The notes beneath the pieces are model-generated. The model made no database searches. It had not been told where the DNA came from and saw only the letters and a list, made by a program, of their open reading frames with translations. This document shows positions 1 through 10,366 of a stretch of 32,000 nucleotides of DNA, one piece after another (position 1 is the stretch's first letter; each line of letters begins with the position of its first letter). Source of the DNA: Polyangiaceae bacterium (GTDB taxonomy: Bacteria; Myxococcota_A; Polyangia; Polyangiales; Polyangiaceae). Location of the stretch: assembly GCA_043747665.1 (NCBI GenBank), contig JAYTOQ010000105.1, positions 15,227-47,226 of the forward strand. Direction: 5' to 3'. Position numbers and translations under genes: made by a program.

Positions 1-630
1 CGCGCACGAGCGCGCCAGCGCAATGCCGGCGCCGTCATGTTCATCGTCGTCGTCACGCTGGGGCTGCTCGCCGCCATGGGCGTCTATGGCCTGAGCGCGA
101 CCTCGGCCGACGTGAGGGCGTCGGGGCACCTTCGCGAGGCGCTGCAAGCGCAGAGAGCCGGCGAGCACGCCCTGACGATGGCCGCCGAGACCCTGAATCC
201 GCGCAGCGTTGGGCCGCTCATCAGCCAGATGTCGGCGGCCAATCGGACCACCAACTGCAAGACGGCCTCCGCTTATGCGGGAACGATCGTTCCTGTCCCG
301 CCCGCGGCGGCATGCTTGCGGCTGACCGAGGCCGGTATGCGGGTCGCGTCGAAGGACGTGAATCTTTGGGACGTCTCCGTGCCCGCCTTCGCCAGCGATA
401 GCTTCGGCAACGTCGCGTCGGTGCCGAACGTCCAGATCGAGCTCTCGGATCCCTTCGATGTCCAGCGACCTGGCTTCGATGCCACGAGCCGCTTCACCCA
501 AGTCACGGCGACAGTGTTCGTCGACGTGCGTTCGACGGTCGACACGTCTGCGCCAGCCCAAGCCATCGTGTCGGGTCGTGGCCGGCTCACTGTCGGACCG
601 ATCTCGCCGCCGCCCGCGACGTACCCCTGA
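1..630 (+). CDS. PilX-like type IV pilus minor pilin/assembly protein (5' end probably upstream of window)
   Basis: The frame is open from nt 1, and the listed ATG at 37 lies inside the hydrophobic segment. AGAVMFIVVVTLGLLAAMGVYGL resembles PilX_N-type pseudopilin N-termini. The gene ends 8 nt before a PilY1-like gene. Family call by motif recall only. Confidence 0.55.
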   Translation, partial: RARARQRNAGAVMFIVVVTLGLLAAMGVYGLSATSADVRASGHLREALQAQRAGEHALTMAAETLNPRSVGPLISQMSAANRTTNCKTASAYAGTIVPVPPAAACLRLTEAGMRVASKDVNLWDVSVPAFASDSFGNVASVPNVQIELSDPFDVQRPGFDATSRFTQVTATVFVDVRSTVDTSAPAQAIVSGRGRLTVGPISPPPATYP

Positions 631-638
631 GGAGAATC

Positions 639-3600
639 ATGCCGACGACCAGAAGCTCAATCGGTGTGTCTCGTTTCCTTCGCCCGCAGCGCGTCGTGGC
701 GCTCGGCGCGATCGCGGTCGGCGCGCTCGGCGTCCTCTCCGTCTCGAGCGATGCGAACGCGCAGGTCGCGGGTACGAACGCCAAGCCGTTGCCGAACGTC
801 CTCCTCCTCGTCGACAGCTCCGGCTCGATGGAGCGGATGCCCGACAACTCGCTGCCGTCCGCCAACCGCAGTCCGTCGCCCCAGCCGTTCAACGCGTGCG
901 CGCCGGGCTCGGCGACGAACCCCAATCGCTGGGGCATGCTCCTCCAGGCGCTGACGGGCAACATGCAGCCGTACTACAGCTGCGACGCCGTCGATCGCTC
1001 GTCGGCCGCGTTCAAGAACGAGTTCAAGATCGCCGGCAAGACCGTCTATGACGCCGACTACTTCCTGCCGTATCACCGTCCGCTGACCGGCACGGCGCTG
1101 CCCTCCGACACCTCGTGCACCTTCGCCGCGTACAAGCTTCCCGGCGTGGCGACAGGAAGTGGCGTCGGTCCCGGCAACCTCGGCGCCGGCGGCGACGCAT
1201 CGGACTTCCCGCCGTCCGCGTTCACGTCGGTCTACAACAAGGACCTCAAGCTGGCGTACGGCGCCGGCTCGCCGCTGGCCTCGACCGACACATGCACGTT
1301 CGAGCAGGCCGTCGACGGCCAGCTCGACGCGGCGAGGGACTACGTCCGCTTCGGCCTCATGACGTTCGACAACGACACCAACCCGGGGATCGGCGTCTCC
1401 ATCGCGACGCCGCCGAGCGGCAACGTCGACACGACGAATCCGTTCCTCGGCCAGTGGTCGTACATCAAGAGCCCGGCGAACCCGAAGATGGTCAGCGCGT
1501 CGGCGTCGACGCTCGGCTTCGGCCTGCCGGCGTCCTGCGGGACGACGCCGGTGCCCGCCTTCGAGGTCGGCGCACGTCACGCCGCGGCGCCGCCGTGGGA
1601 AGGTCGAATGGTCGGTTTCCCGCCGTCGGGCGGAAACCTGTTCGACATGGAGTCGACGAACGACCAGATCCAGAAGGTGCTCCTCGGAACGCGTCCGTAC
1701 GGCGCGACGCCCATCGAGGGCATGCTCGAGGATGCGCGCGACTATCTCCTCTTCAACCTGCTCGGCCCCACCAAGTCCGACCCGTACGTCGCGTCGGGCT
1801 GCCGCGAGCAGTTCATCATCCTGCTCACCGACGGCGCGCCCAACCTCGATCTCCGTCCCTCGTGCGCGAGCGCCGGAACGCCCAACGGCCAGTGCCCGTA
1901 CAACCCGTCGTCGCAGGTCGTCGACCAGCTCCGGCAAGGCACTGACGGCAAGGAGATCAAGACGTACGTGATCGGCTTCTCGGTCAACGGCGCCGGTGAC
2001 TTGAGCATCCCGTTCGACGGCTTCCCCGCCCCCGGTGTCATCAACAACTGCAAGTCCTGGTACGCGAGCTTCCCCAGCCCGAAGGTCCAGTCGATGCAGA
2101 CCGCATGCTCCACGGCGGCGACGAAGCCGCCGGTCGGCTCGACGGCAGAAGCGTGCTGCAAGCTCAACGAGATCGCGTACTGGGGCTCCGGCTCGGCGAT
2201 CGGCGTGCACGACACCGGCCCGTTCTTCGCGGAGACGCAGGCTGACCTCGTTCTCTCCTTCGGCCGCATCCTCGGCGGCGTCTCCAAGACGGCGAGCACG
2301 CGGACGCTTCCCGGCTACTCGCCTGCGGTGAGCATCGGCGGGGTGAACACGACCGGCACCTTCATCGCCTCGTTCATCCCGAACGCGCAGAAGGTCTGGT
2401 CGGGCGAGATCGATCGCGCGCGCTCGGTCTGCGGCGGTGTCGGCGGCATCGTCCCGACCCTGCAGACCCCGGACTTCAACCAGGGCGACTCGTTCGCCGA
2501 CAACCTCTCCGCGCAAGCGATCACCGGCAAGCGCCTCTTCATCTCCGTGGTCGCCCAGCAAACGGGCGGCGCCACGCCCGTCGTCGACTCCGCGCGCACG
2601 ATTCGTCCGTACGCCTCCGGCACGCCGACGGACGGCCTCAACAGCTTCGTCGGGACCGAGGTCTTCGGCGCCGACGATGCGCTGAAGACCTCGACGAACT
2701 GGGCGGCTGCTCTCGACATCGCGGCCAACGTCAACGGCCTCTCGCCTTCTTGCAAGCGTTCGAAGGGCGTGACCCCGGTGACCCAGGCCACGGTCGACAT
2801 CCCGGCGCTCTCGCAGGCCGAATGCAAGGACGTCATCTGGGACTTCGCGGTCGCCCACGCAGGCACCATCAGTGCCGGTAACCCGGCGTACTCCGGCTTC
2901 AACGTTCGCTGCGGCGCTGGCGCCGGCAACCTGTCTATGGGCTCCTGCTCGATCAGCGGAGCCCCGTGCAGCCTGAGCGATCCTACTGCTTGTACGACCG
3001 GCCCCGCTGTCCTCGGCGAGGTCTGCGTTCCGGCGTGCTCCGCGCTCGGCGGCATCTACCGCTCCTCGCCCACGCTCGTCGGCATCCCCAACCAGTTCCT
3101 TCGCGACGACTCGTATCAGCTCTTCGCGCAGGCTCACGCGACGCGACGCCAGGTGATGTACGTCGCGAGCATGGACGGCGTGCTCCACGCGTTCAAGGCG
3201 CTCGCCACCAACACGTTCGACCCGGGCAACTTCGAGCTGTGGGCGTTCGTGCCGCCGGCGGTGCTGCCGAAGATCGCCTCGAACTACCCGAGCGGGCAGC
3301 AGATCCTCCTCGATGGCACTCCGGTCGTCAAAGACACGGTCTGGGATCGTCCGAACAACCCCGGCACGCCCAAGGCCGATGACTTCCACACGACGCTCGT
3401 CGCAGGCATGGGCGCAGGCGGCGCCGGTTACTACGCGCTGAACGTGACCGACACGGACTGCGATAACCAGAACCCCAGTGGCTTCAGCGGCAACCCGAAC
3501 GGCTGCCAGGGCCGCTTCGCGCCCGCGAGCAGCGCCGCCACCGCGTGGGACTCGAAGGGTCCGCACTTCCTCTGGCAGCTCACCGACTTCGAGCAGGCCG

Positions 3601-4925
3601 CCGCCGGTGACCCCGCGAAAAAGTCGCGCGTCGCGCGCGACAAGACGCAGCTCGTCTCGCTCTTCGGCAAGGAGAGCGGCACCCCGGTCATCGCGACGCT
3701 TCAGGTCGATCCGGGTACCGGCGGTGCGCGCCAGATCGGCGTCGCCATTCTTCCTGGTGGCATCGACGGTCCCCCGGTCAAGGGCGGCTCCTGCCCGCGC
3801 GCCGTCGGCACGACCTTCCCGGTTTCCACGACCGACTCCAGCGCGACGGGCTTTGGCGCGCGAACGGCAGTCCGCCAGTGGGCGACGACCTGCGCCGATC
3901 CCGTTCCCGGGCGCGGCGTGACCATCGTTCGGCTCGATACCGGCGAGATCATCCGCCACTTCGGGCGCGCGACCCAGGACGTCCCGAAGAAGATCCTCGC
4001 CAGGACCGTCGACTCGCCGTTCGACTCGCCGATCATCGGGACGCCGGTCATCTATCCGAACACCGTAGGCACGACGACGCAGAAGATCTTCGTCGGCGAT
4101 GCCGACGGCACCGTCTGGCGGATCGACGTCAGCTCGCCGGACCCCACGAAGTGGTCGGTCTCCCTCTTCCAGGATCTCGTGAACGCCGGGCTCCCCGCGC
4201 CGACGCCCACGTTCGCGCAGAGCCAGCCCATCGCGCTCCCGATGCTCCTCTCGCAGGATCCTTCGGGGAGCCTCGTCCTCAACGTGGCGACGGGCGACCA
4301 GGAGAACCTGTCGGTCTCGACCGAGAACAACTACGTCTACTCGCTCCTCGAGCAGCGGCCTGCGTCGCCGGGCGGCGCGGGTCAGGCAAAGGTGAACTGG
4401 TACACGGCGCTTCCCAACGCCGAGCGAGTCACCGGCCCGATGACGGTGTTCGACCGCACGCTCTACTTCGCGAGCTACAAACCCGCCTATCCCGCGTCAA
4501 GCACCTGCGATCAAGGCGGCGTCGCCAGGCTCTGGGGCGTCGACTACGTGACCGCTGAAGGCGGCGTCGTCTCTGGCGGCGGCGCCAAGCGCTGGTGTCC
4601 GGTTGCTACCGGTGTCGATGTCGTGACGCAGGCGTGCGCCGGTTCATTCTTGCAGAGCGAGCCCGTCGCCGATCCCTTGCTGCAAGGCGCCATCATCCCG
4701 GGCGTCACGGTGCAGGCAGTTCAGTCATGTGCGTCGTTCGGCGGGAGCCCCGGCGACCCAGTCGTCAGCGGCTTGACCGCGACGAACTACCAGATCTCCT
4801 TCGGCGCCACGACGTCGAGCACCAGCGGGAAGACCGGCACTCCGCAGGCCGGACGCGGTATCATCAAGCGTCCACTTCCGAAGACCACCGCCTCGATCGA
4901 CGCATGGGCACTCGTAGTCGACTGA
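639..4925 (+). CDS. pilY1: PilY1-like type IV pilus tip adhesin with N-terminal vWA domain
   Basis: A GAGGAG RBS lies just upstream of the ATG, and there is an N-terminal signal peptide. vWA/MIDAS-like motifs are LLLVDSSGSM and ILLTDGAPN. PilY1/PilC propeller-type signatures are MYVASMDGVLHAF and IFVGDADGTVWRIDV. The ORF is 1428 aa and uninterrupted. Confidence 0.8.
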   Translation: MPTTRSSIGVSRFLRPQRVVALGAIAVGALGVLSVSSDANAQVAGTNAKPLPNVLLLVDSSGSMERMPDNSLPSANRSPSPQPFNACAPGSATNPNRWGMLLQALTGNMQPYYSCDAVDRSSAAFKNEFKIAGKTVYDADYFLPYHRPLTGTALPSDTSCTFAAYKLPGVATGSGVGPGNLGAGGDASDFPPSAFTSVYNKDLKLAYGAGSPLASTDTCTFEQAVDGQLDAARDYVRFGLMTFDNDTNPGIGVSIATPPSGNVDTTNPFLGQWSYIKSPANPKMVSASASTLGFGLPASCGTTPVPAFEVGARHAAAPPWEGRMVGFPPSGGNLFDMESTNDQIQKVLLGTRPYGATPIEGMLEDARDYLLFNLLGPTKSDPYVASGCREQFIILLTDGAPNLDLRPSCASAGTPNGQCPYNPSSQVVDQLRQGTDGKEIKTYVIGFSVNGAGDLSIPFDGFPAPGVINNCKSWYASFPSPKVQSMQTACSTAATKPPVGSTAEACCKLNEIAYWGSGSAIGVHDTGPFFAETQADLVLSFGRILGGVSKTASTRTLPGYSPAVSIGGVNTTGTFIASFIPNAQKVWSGEIDRARSVCGGVGGIVPTLQTPDFNQGDSFADNLSAQAITGKRLFISVVAQQTGGATPVVDSARTIRPYASGTPTDGLNSFVGTEVFGADDALKTSTNWAAALDIAANVNGLSPSCKRSKGVTPVTQATVDIPALSQAECKDVIWDFAVAHAGTISAGNPAYSGFNVRCGAGAGNLSMGSCSISGAPCSLSDPTACTTGPAVLGEVCVPACSALGGIYRSSPTLVGIPNQFLRDDSYQLFAQAHATRRQVMYVASMDGVLHAFKALATNTFDPGNFELWAFVPPAVLPKIASNYPSGQQILLDGTPVVKDTVWDRPNNPGTPKADDFHTTLVAGMGAGGAGYYALNVTDTDCDNQNPSGFSGNPNGCQGRFAPASSAATAWDSKGPHFLWQLTDFEQAAAGDPAKKSRVARDKTQLVSLFGKESGTPVIATLQVDPGTGGARQIGVAILPGGIDGPPVKGGSCPRAVGTTFPVSTTDSSATGFGARTAVRQWATTCADPVPGRGVTIVRLDTGEIIRHFGRATQDVPKKILARTVDSPFDSPIIGTPVIYPNTVGTTTQKIFVGDADGTVWRIDVSSPDPTKWSVSLFQDLVNAGLPAPTPTFAQSQPIALPMLLSQDPSGSLVLNVATGDQENLSVSTENNYVYSLLEQRPASPGGAGQAKVNWYTALPNAERVTGPMTVFDRTLYFASYKPAYPASSTCDQGGVARLWGVDYVTAEGGVVSGGGAKRWCPVATGVDVVTQACAGSFLQSEPVADPLLQGAIIPGVTVQAVQSCASFGGSPGDPVVSGLTATNYQISFGATTSSTSGKTGTPQAGRGIIKRPLPKTTASIDAWALVVD

Positions 4926-5452
4926 GTGCGTTGCGGCCGCGCGTGCGCGTCGGCATCGCGATGCTCGCGGTGAGCGGCGTCCTGGCTTGCAGCTCGTGCA
5001 AGCCCCAGGACAAGCCGCCGCCCGAGCAGACGAAGCCACCGGACCATCTCGTCACCGGCGAGGCGGTCGAGGGTAAGGACCGTGCGTTCGGCTTGCCCCT
5101 GCCCCGCCTCGCGCGCGTCGAAGCGCGATTCGAGAGGACCATCGACGTCTACAGCGCGCTCTCGCCGGAGGATCTCGTCAACTTCGTGCGCGCGCGCGTG
5201 AAGGACGGGAAAGTCACTCCCGGCTCGAGCTCGACGCTCCTCGTCGAGGTGGTTCCGCTCGGCGATCCGCAGAAGCGCCTCACCATCGACGTGCGTCCCT
5301 TTCACGGTGGCGACGGCTCGATGCGCAGCGAGATGGTGGTTCACGACACGACACCAATTCCGGCCGAGCCGGGGCTCACCGACGAGCAGCGCTGGCAGAA
5401 GGCCGGGCTCACGCCAAGCGGCCAGATCGCCGACCCGCGGAACCTCAAGTAG
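4904..5452 (+). CDS. Putative lipoprotein, function unknown
   Basis: The internal ATG at 4904 of the 4595 ORF overlaps the pilY1 end by 22 nt. It gives MGTRSRLSALRPRVRVGIAMLAVSGVLAC, a signal peptide with lipobox. No recognisable domain. Confidence 0.5.
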   Translation: MGTRSRLSALRPRVRVGIAMLAVSGVLACSSCKPQDKPPPEQTKPPDHLVTGEAVEGKDRAFGLPLPRLARVEARFERTIDVYSALSPEDLVNFVRARVKDGKVTPGSSSTLLVEVVPLGDPQKRLTIDVRPFHGGDGSMRSEMVVHDTTPIPAEPGLTDEQRWQKAGLTPSGQIADPRNLK

Positions 5453-5507
5453 GCCGAAGCCTCGTTTCGGTTGACGGCGCCCCGCAGGGAGGGTTCACCT
5501 CGCTGTC

Positions 5508-6680
5508 GTGATCCTGTTCTCGCGCCGTTTGCTCGTGTCCGTTGCCCTTCCTATCGTCGGCGGTGCGATGTGGGCGTGTGGTTCGAGCGCGACGGCGCCG
5601 GCCGCACCGACGTCGTGCGACGACGTGGAGGTGCTCGTGGCGGCGAGCGACCACACGTCGAGCGTCGTGTGCGGCGCGCCGAACCACTGCGAGCTCCGGC
5701 CAGGCATCACGACCGGGCTGAACCTCGGCAAGGATCCGCAGCTCGCGATGTCGAAGGACCGAACCTTCTTCATCAATCGGCTTGGACCTCCCGACGACCT
5801 CATCTTCGAGCTCGACCCGAAGTGCGGGACGCCCATCTCGCAGTTGAATGTGCACGACGAAGGACGCCGCGCCGCCGTCAATCCCCACGACCTCGCGGTC
5901 GCCCCCGACGGATCGCTCTTCGTAGCGCTGTATGACGTCGCGCGCATCGCGATCATGAAAGATGGGAAGCTCGACGGCACGATCGACCTCTCCCGCTTCG
6001 ACGGCGATGGGAATCCACAGGCAGAGTCCATCCGGATCGTGCCCGTCGACGGCGTCGCCAAGGCCTTCGTGACGCTCGAGCGCCTCGACGACGCGGATCG
6101 CCTGCTCTCGAAGCAGGACTCGTGGATGCTTCGCATCGACGTCGCCACGCGCCAGGTCGAGGACAAGATCGTGCTGGTGGGGCGCAATCCGTTCAACTCG
6201 ATGGTGGAGCACGCGGGCGGGCTCTTCCTCGCGGTTCCCGGAAACTTCGATGTTGCCGACGAGCAGGCTGCCGGCATCGAGCGTTTCGACACGGCGACGT
6301 CGACGACGCGACTCCTCGTGAGGGAGCACGACCTCGGCGGAAGTGTCGCAGAGATCGCGGTGACCGACGGATGCGGCGCGGCCATCGTGGCCGGGCCGCA
6401 GCCGACCGTGAACCCCACTTCGCTCGTCACGTTCGACCCGGTCACCGGGAAGGTGCTGAGCGGCCCGACGTCACCGGTGCTCGGGCCCACGCCCGGCTAC
6501 GACCTCCAGGCGCTCGCGTGGCGTGGCGACACCCTCTACGTCGGCGACGGTCGCCGCGGCTCCGGCGGCTTTCCGGTTCACGTCTTCGAGCGTGAGCCGG
6601 GTACGTGCAATCTGCATGAGATGACGAGCCGCTTGATCGAGCTGCCCCAGCGTCCCGTCGCCCTCCGACCGACGCGCTGA
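5508..6680 (+). CDS. Putative secreted protein/lipoprotein, beta-propeller-like
   Basis: GTG start with a hydrophobic N-terminus ending GGAMWAC. Repeated beta-strand-rich segments (e.g. NPHDLAVAPDGSLFVALYD, TLYVGDGRRGSGGFPVHVF) suggest a propeller. Product not identified. Confidence 0.45.
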   Translation: MILFSRRLLVSVALPIVGGAMWACGSSATAPAAPTSCDDVEVLVAASDHTSSVVCGAPNHCELRPGITTGLNLGKDPQLAMSKDRTFFINRLGPPDDLIFELDPKCGTPISQLNVHDEGRRAAVNPHDLAVAPDGSLFVALYDVARIAIMKDGKLDGTIDLSRFDGDGNPQAESIRIVPVDGVAKAFVTLERLDDADRLLSKQDSWMLRIDVATRQVEDKIVLVGRNPFNSMVEHAGGLFLAVPGNFDVADEQAAGIERFDTATSTTRLLVREHDLGGSVAEIAVTDGCGAAIVAGPQPTVNPTSLVTFDPVTGKVLSGPTSPVLGPTPGYDLQALAWRGDTLYVGDGRRGSGGFPVHVFEREPGTCNLHEMTSRLIELPQRPVALRPTR

Positions 6681-6688
6681 AGACGGAC

Positions 6689-8326
6689 ATGACAGAACCG
6701 CAAAAGCAGGTCGAAGGCGCCCCCGATCAGGCACGCACCGCCGGGCGCGGCGGCCTGGCCGTGCTCGGCGCGAAGGTCTTCTTCATCGCGACCGGGCTCC
6801 TCCAGCAAGCGCTGCTCCCGGTGGCAATCGGCCAGGCCGACTACGGCGCGCTCGCCCTCGTGCTCGCGCCCACCAACGTCCTCAACAACGTGATCGTCGC
6901 GAGCTCCACTCAGGGCGTGAGCCGGACCGTAGCCGGCGCCGGCACGTCGGAGCGCGAAGCTCTGCGCGCGACGCTGCGCGTCCACATCGTCGTCGCGGTG
7001 CTCGCCGCGATCGTCCTCGCCATCGGCGCGCCGATCTACGCCTGGTATCAGCACCGCCCGGCCGTGCTGGCGCCATTGCTCGCGATGACTGGCGTGCTCT
7101 TCATCTACGGCGTCTACGCGCCGCTCGTCGGTTACCTCAACGGACGAGGCCAGTTCACGCGGCAAGCGTCGCTCGATGTCCTCGCGGCGACGCTGCGGAC
7201 GATCGCCTTTCTCGGCATCGGTTACCTGTTCGCGACGCGCGGCGGGGCGATCGCCGTGGCGCTCGGGACGTCGGGCGGGCTCCTCGGCGCCACCATCGGC
7301 GCCGTCCTCGCCGCGATCGGCGTGATTACCGTCGCTCTGCGCTGGACGGGCACGGGACGGTCCTTTTCGGGCACGCAGCCGACCGGTGTTCCGACCGTAC
7401 GTGTCTACCTCGCGCTGATCGTCCCGATCATGATTGCGCAGCTGTTCGCAAACGGCCTCATGCAGGCCGACATCATGCTGCTCGGTCACTACGTCGCCGC
7501 TCCCGCGGCCGTCGCTGCCGAAGCCGCGCGCACCGCCCTGGAAGGCGCGCCCGCCGACGCGACGGCGCGCTCGGCGGACAAGTGGGTAGCCGTGTACCGC
7601 GCGTGTCAGCTGTTCGCCTTTCTCCCCTACCAGATGCTCTTCAGCGTCACGCAGGTCCTCTTCCCGATGGTGGCGCGCGCGAAGGCCGAGGAGGGGATCG
7701 GCGAGCGCGTGGCGGCGCTGGTTCGCCGAGGCTGCCGGATCGGCGCCATCGTCGGAGGTCTGCTCGTGGTGGTCGTACTCGCCATGCCCGCTTCGCTGCT
7801 GAACCTCGCCTACGGGCCGCTCTTCGCGGCGCGCGGCGCCAGCACGTTGAGCCTGCTCGCGCTCGGTCAGGCGGCGTTCGCGATCCTCGGCCTGTCGACG
7901 ACCGTGCTCGTGAGCCTCGGACGCGAGCGCGCAGCGATGGCCGTCACCGCGGTGGCGCTGGCGTTGCTCGTGGGCACGTGCTCGATCGTGATTCCGCTCG
8001 CTCCGTTCGGGGAGAAGCAGCTCCTCGCGACCGCCGGGGCGACCACGATGGCGCTCGTATGTGCGCTCGTGGCGGGCGTCGTGACGGTGCGCAAGATCGC
8101 CGGCGCGTTCGTTCCGCTCAAGACCGCGCTCCGCGTCGGGCTGTGCGTTGGCGGCGCGTTCGCGCTCGGTGGCGTGATGCCGATGTTCTCGAAGCTGCTG
8201 ACTCCCGTCGTCGCGGCGGGCGTCGTCATCGCTTATCTCGTCGCGCTCGTCGTGACCGGCGAGATCGGCAAGGACGACGTCGCGCTAGTCGTTTCGATTG
8301 CCGCCCGCCGCGGAGCCAAACGGTGA
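6689..8326 (+). CDS. Wzx/MOP-family polysaccharide (oligosaccharide) flippase
   Basis: 545 aa with many hydrophobic helices throughout. The N-terminal GGLAVLGAKVFFIATGLLQQALLPVAIG pattern is typical of polysaccharide-biosynthesis flippases. It starts 8 nt after the previous gene. Confidence 0.65.
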   Translation: MTEPQKQVEGAPDQARTAGRGGLAVLGAKVFFIATGLLQQALLPVAIGQADYGALALVLAPTNVLNNVIVASSTQGVSRTVAGAGTSEREALRATLRVHIVVAVLAAIVLAIGAPIYAWYQHRPAVLAPLLAMTGVLFIYGVYAPLVGYLNGRGQFTRQASLDVLAATLRTIAFLGIGYLFATRGGAIAVALGTSGGLLGATIGAVLAAIGVITVALRWTGTGRSFSGTQPTGVPTVRVYLALIVPIMIAQLFANGLMQADIMLLGHYVAAPAAVAAEAARTALEGAPADATARSADKWVAVYRACQLFAFLPYQMLFSVTQVLFPMVARAKAEEGIGERVAALVRRGCRIGAIVGGLLVVVVLAMPASLLNLAYGPLFAARGASTLSLLALGQAAFAILGLSTTVLVSLGRERAAMAVTAVALALLVGTCSIVIPLAPFGEKQLLATAGATTMALVCALVAGVVTVRKIAGAFVPLKTALRVGLCVGGAFALGGVMPMFSKLLTPVVAAGVVIAYLVALVVTGEIGKDDVALVVSIAARRGAKR

Positions 8327-10069
8327 CGGCTTGATCGAGTCACCCTTCCCGCCGCGGAGGCCGTGCTTTTGCACGAGGCGGTGGAGGTACATGCGGTCCA
8401 TGCCGGCCATGCGAGCCGCCTTGCTCATGTTGCCGCCCGCCGCCTCGAGGAGCTGCGAGAGGTAGGAGCGCTCGAAGGAGTCGATGACGGCGTCCTTCGC
8501 GAGGCGGAACGGCACCGAGAGATCGATCCCGTTGGGAGGTCCTTGCGTGGACGTGACGCCACCGGCGCCGCGGCGAAGTGTGAGGTTCGCGGACTGAAGC
8601 ACGACGCTGCGCTCGACGTAGTTGCGTAGCTCGCGGACGTTGCCCGGCCAGTCGTGCTTCGACATCTCCTGGAGAACGCTCGAGGGGAAGAGGCGCTCTT
8701 CCTCGGCGACGCCCAGGTGCGAGAGGAAGGTGCGGATCAGGATGAGGAGGTCGTCGAGGCGCTCGCGGAGCGGCGGGACGCGCGTGCTGATGACGGCGAG
8801 ACGGAAATACATGTCCTCGCGGAAGCGGCCCTTGTTGACCTCGCGCTCTAGGTCACGGTTCGTCGCCGAGATGACGCGGACGTTCACGCGGCGAGGCTTG
8901 GTCTCGCCGACGCGTCGGATCTCGCGCGCCTCGAGGGCGCGCAGTAGCTTCGGCTGAAGCTCGAGGGGCAGCTCGCCGATCTCGTCGAGGAACACGGTGC
9001 CGCCGTCGGCCGCTTCGAATGCGCCGACGCGATCGCGATCGGCTCCGGTGAAGGCGCCGCGGACGTGTCCGAAGAGCTCACTCTCGACGAGGTTCGGGCT
9101 GATGGCACCGCAGTCGACGACCACGAAGGGCTTCTCCGCGCGCGCGCTGCGCTGCATGATCTCGGTGGCGACGAGCTCCTTGCCGGTGCCGCTCTCGCCC
9201 TCGATGAGCACGTTGATGTCGCTCTGCGCGATCTTGTCGAGGAGCGCGAACATGCGGCGCATCGGCAGGCTCGTTCCGACGAGCGCGCCGAACGACGGCA
9301 TCATCGGGACGAAGTCTTCCTTCGCGGGAGCGCCGGAGCGAACGCGGACGATCGAGTCGCCGATCGAGAGCACGCCTTCGGTCCCGACGTCGCCGTCGCG
9401 GAGGCGCACTCCGTTGAGCGTGGTGCCGTTCATCGAGCCGGAGTCGCGCAACGTCCATTGGCCGTTCTCGCGAACGAGGCGGCAATGGAAGCGCGACACC
9501 ATCGGGTCGCGCAGCACGACGTCGTTCGAGGCATGCGAGCCGATCTTGCAGACGTCACCGTCGTGCACGACCGCGCGCTGGGTGCCGATGCCGCCTTCGC
9601 GCTCGACCTGCAGCGTGAGGCGCGGGATCGAGACGGTCTCGATGAGCTGGCGCTCCGTGTGAATGGTCTGGGCCGGCGGCCGCATGTCGGAGCGTGGCTC
9701 GCGGCTCTCCTGCTCACGGCCCCCATGCTCGCGCGCGTCGGGCGGCGCGAAGTTCGGCGGCGCAGGGCGGGAGTCGTAGCCGCCCATGCTCGGGTTGGGC
9801 GTGCTGCCGGGGGGCGGGCTCGAGGGATATGCGTTGCTGACGCTGCCCGGGATGCCGCTCGGAAGCGGAGGCGGCGGCGGGACGGCCGGCGGGAGCGGAG
9901 CGTGAGGGGAGCGCGGCGCGATCCCCGAGACCTGGCGCGGCGGGCTGGCTTGCGACCCGATCTGGGGCGCCATCGGCGGCACAGGCGACGACGGGCGCTG
10001 CGCCTGCGGGGCGAGCGGAGCCATCGGGGGCAGACCGACGCGCGGGGGAGGACTCTTCGGCTGGGGCAT
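8285..10069 (-). CDS. Sigma-54-dependent transcriptional activator with FHA domain and Pro-rich N-terminus
   Basis: The ORF is open to 10405, but the plausible ATG is at 10069 (MPQPKSPPP...). The FHA domain reads CKIGSHASNDVVLRDPMVSRFHCRL...GSMNGTTLNG. The sigma54 AAA+ core has GESGTGKELVA, GAFTGA and ESELFGH. The C-terminus carries a Fis-type HTH (GGNMSKAARMAGMDRMYLHRLVQKHGL). Its 3' end overlaps the flippase 3' end by 42 bp (convergent). Confidence 0.85.
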   Translation of the reverse strand: MPQPKSPPPRVGLPPMAPLAPQAQRPSSPVPPMAPQIGSQASPPRQVSGIAPRSPHAPLPPAVPPPPPLPSGIPGSVSNAYPSSPPPGSTPNPSMGGYDSRPAPPNFAPPDAREHGGREQESREPRSDMRPPAQTIHTERQLIETVSIPRLTLQVEREGGIGTQRAVVHDGDVCKIGSHASNDVVLRDPMVSRFHCRLVRENGQWTLRDSGSMNGTTLNGVRLRDGDVGTEGVLSIGDSIVRVRSGAPAKEDFVPMMPSFGALVGTSLPMRRMFALLDKIAQSDINVLIEGESGTGKELVATEIMQRSARAEKPFVVVDCGAISPNLVESELFGHVRGAFTGADRDRVGAFEAADGGTVFLDEIGELPLELQPKLLRALEAREIRRVGETKPRRVNVRVISATNRDLEREVNKGRFREDMYFRLAVISTRVPPLRERLDDLLILIRTFLSHLGVAEEERLFPSSVLQEMSKHDWPGNVRELRNYVERSVVLQSANLTLRRGAGGVTSTQGPPNGIDLSVPFRLAKDAVIDSFERSYLSQLLEAAGGNMSKAARMAGMDRMYLHRLVQKHGLRGGKGDSIKPSPFGSAAGGNRND

Positions 10070-10366
10070 GCGTTCTCTCTGTTCGGGACTCGACGATCGA
10101 TGCGTGTGAGTGCCCGTGGGTAGGACGGGGGAGAGCGAGCTGCCGACGTCCGCGAGGAGCACGCGGTGTTGACGCTGAAAGCTAACGCAAGGGTGATGCC
10201 GCACATCGGCGCCTCGAAGCGCGTCGCACCGAACTTGATCTGGCCACGACTTCCGGCAGAATTTGCATCGTGGGCCTGCGCTGCCCTCCGTCGAGGCGAC
10301 GCGGGGGGTGAGGTACCAGCGCATCACCCTGCTGCCGAGTCGGCTCAGCGCGGGAGTGGGAGAATC

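Noticed and set aside
657-3959. 1100-aa ORF on the minus strand antisense to pilY1
   Set aside because: It has Arg/Gly/Ala/Asp-rich low-complexity composition, with no motifs and no signal. It is the typical stop-poor antisense frame of a high-GC gene, and the + strand product has clear vWA and PilY1 signatures.
10252-10270. Sigma-54 promoter-like CGGCAGAATTTGCA upstream of the 10367 lipoprotein gene (also TGGCCACGACTTCCGGC nearby)
   Set aside because: The GG-to-GC spacing is 10 nt (and 14 nt in the second case), not the 12 nt required by TGGCAC-N5-TTGC.
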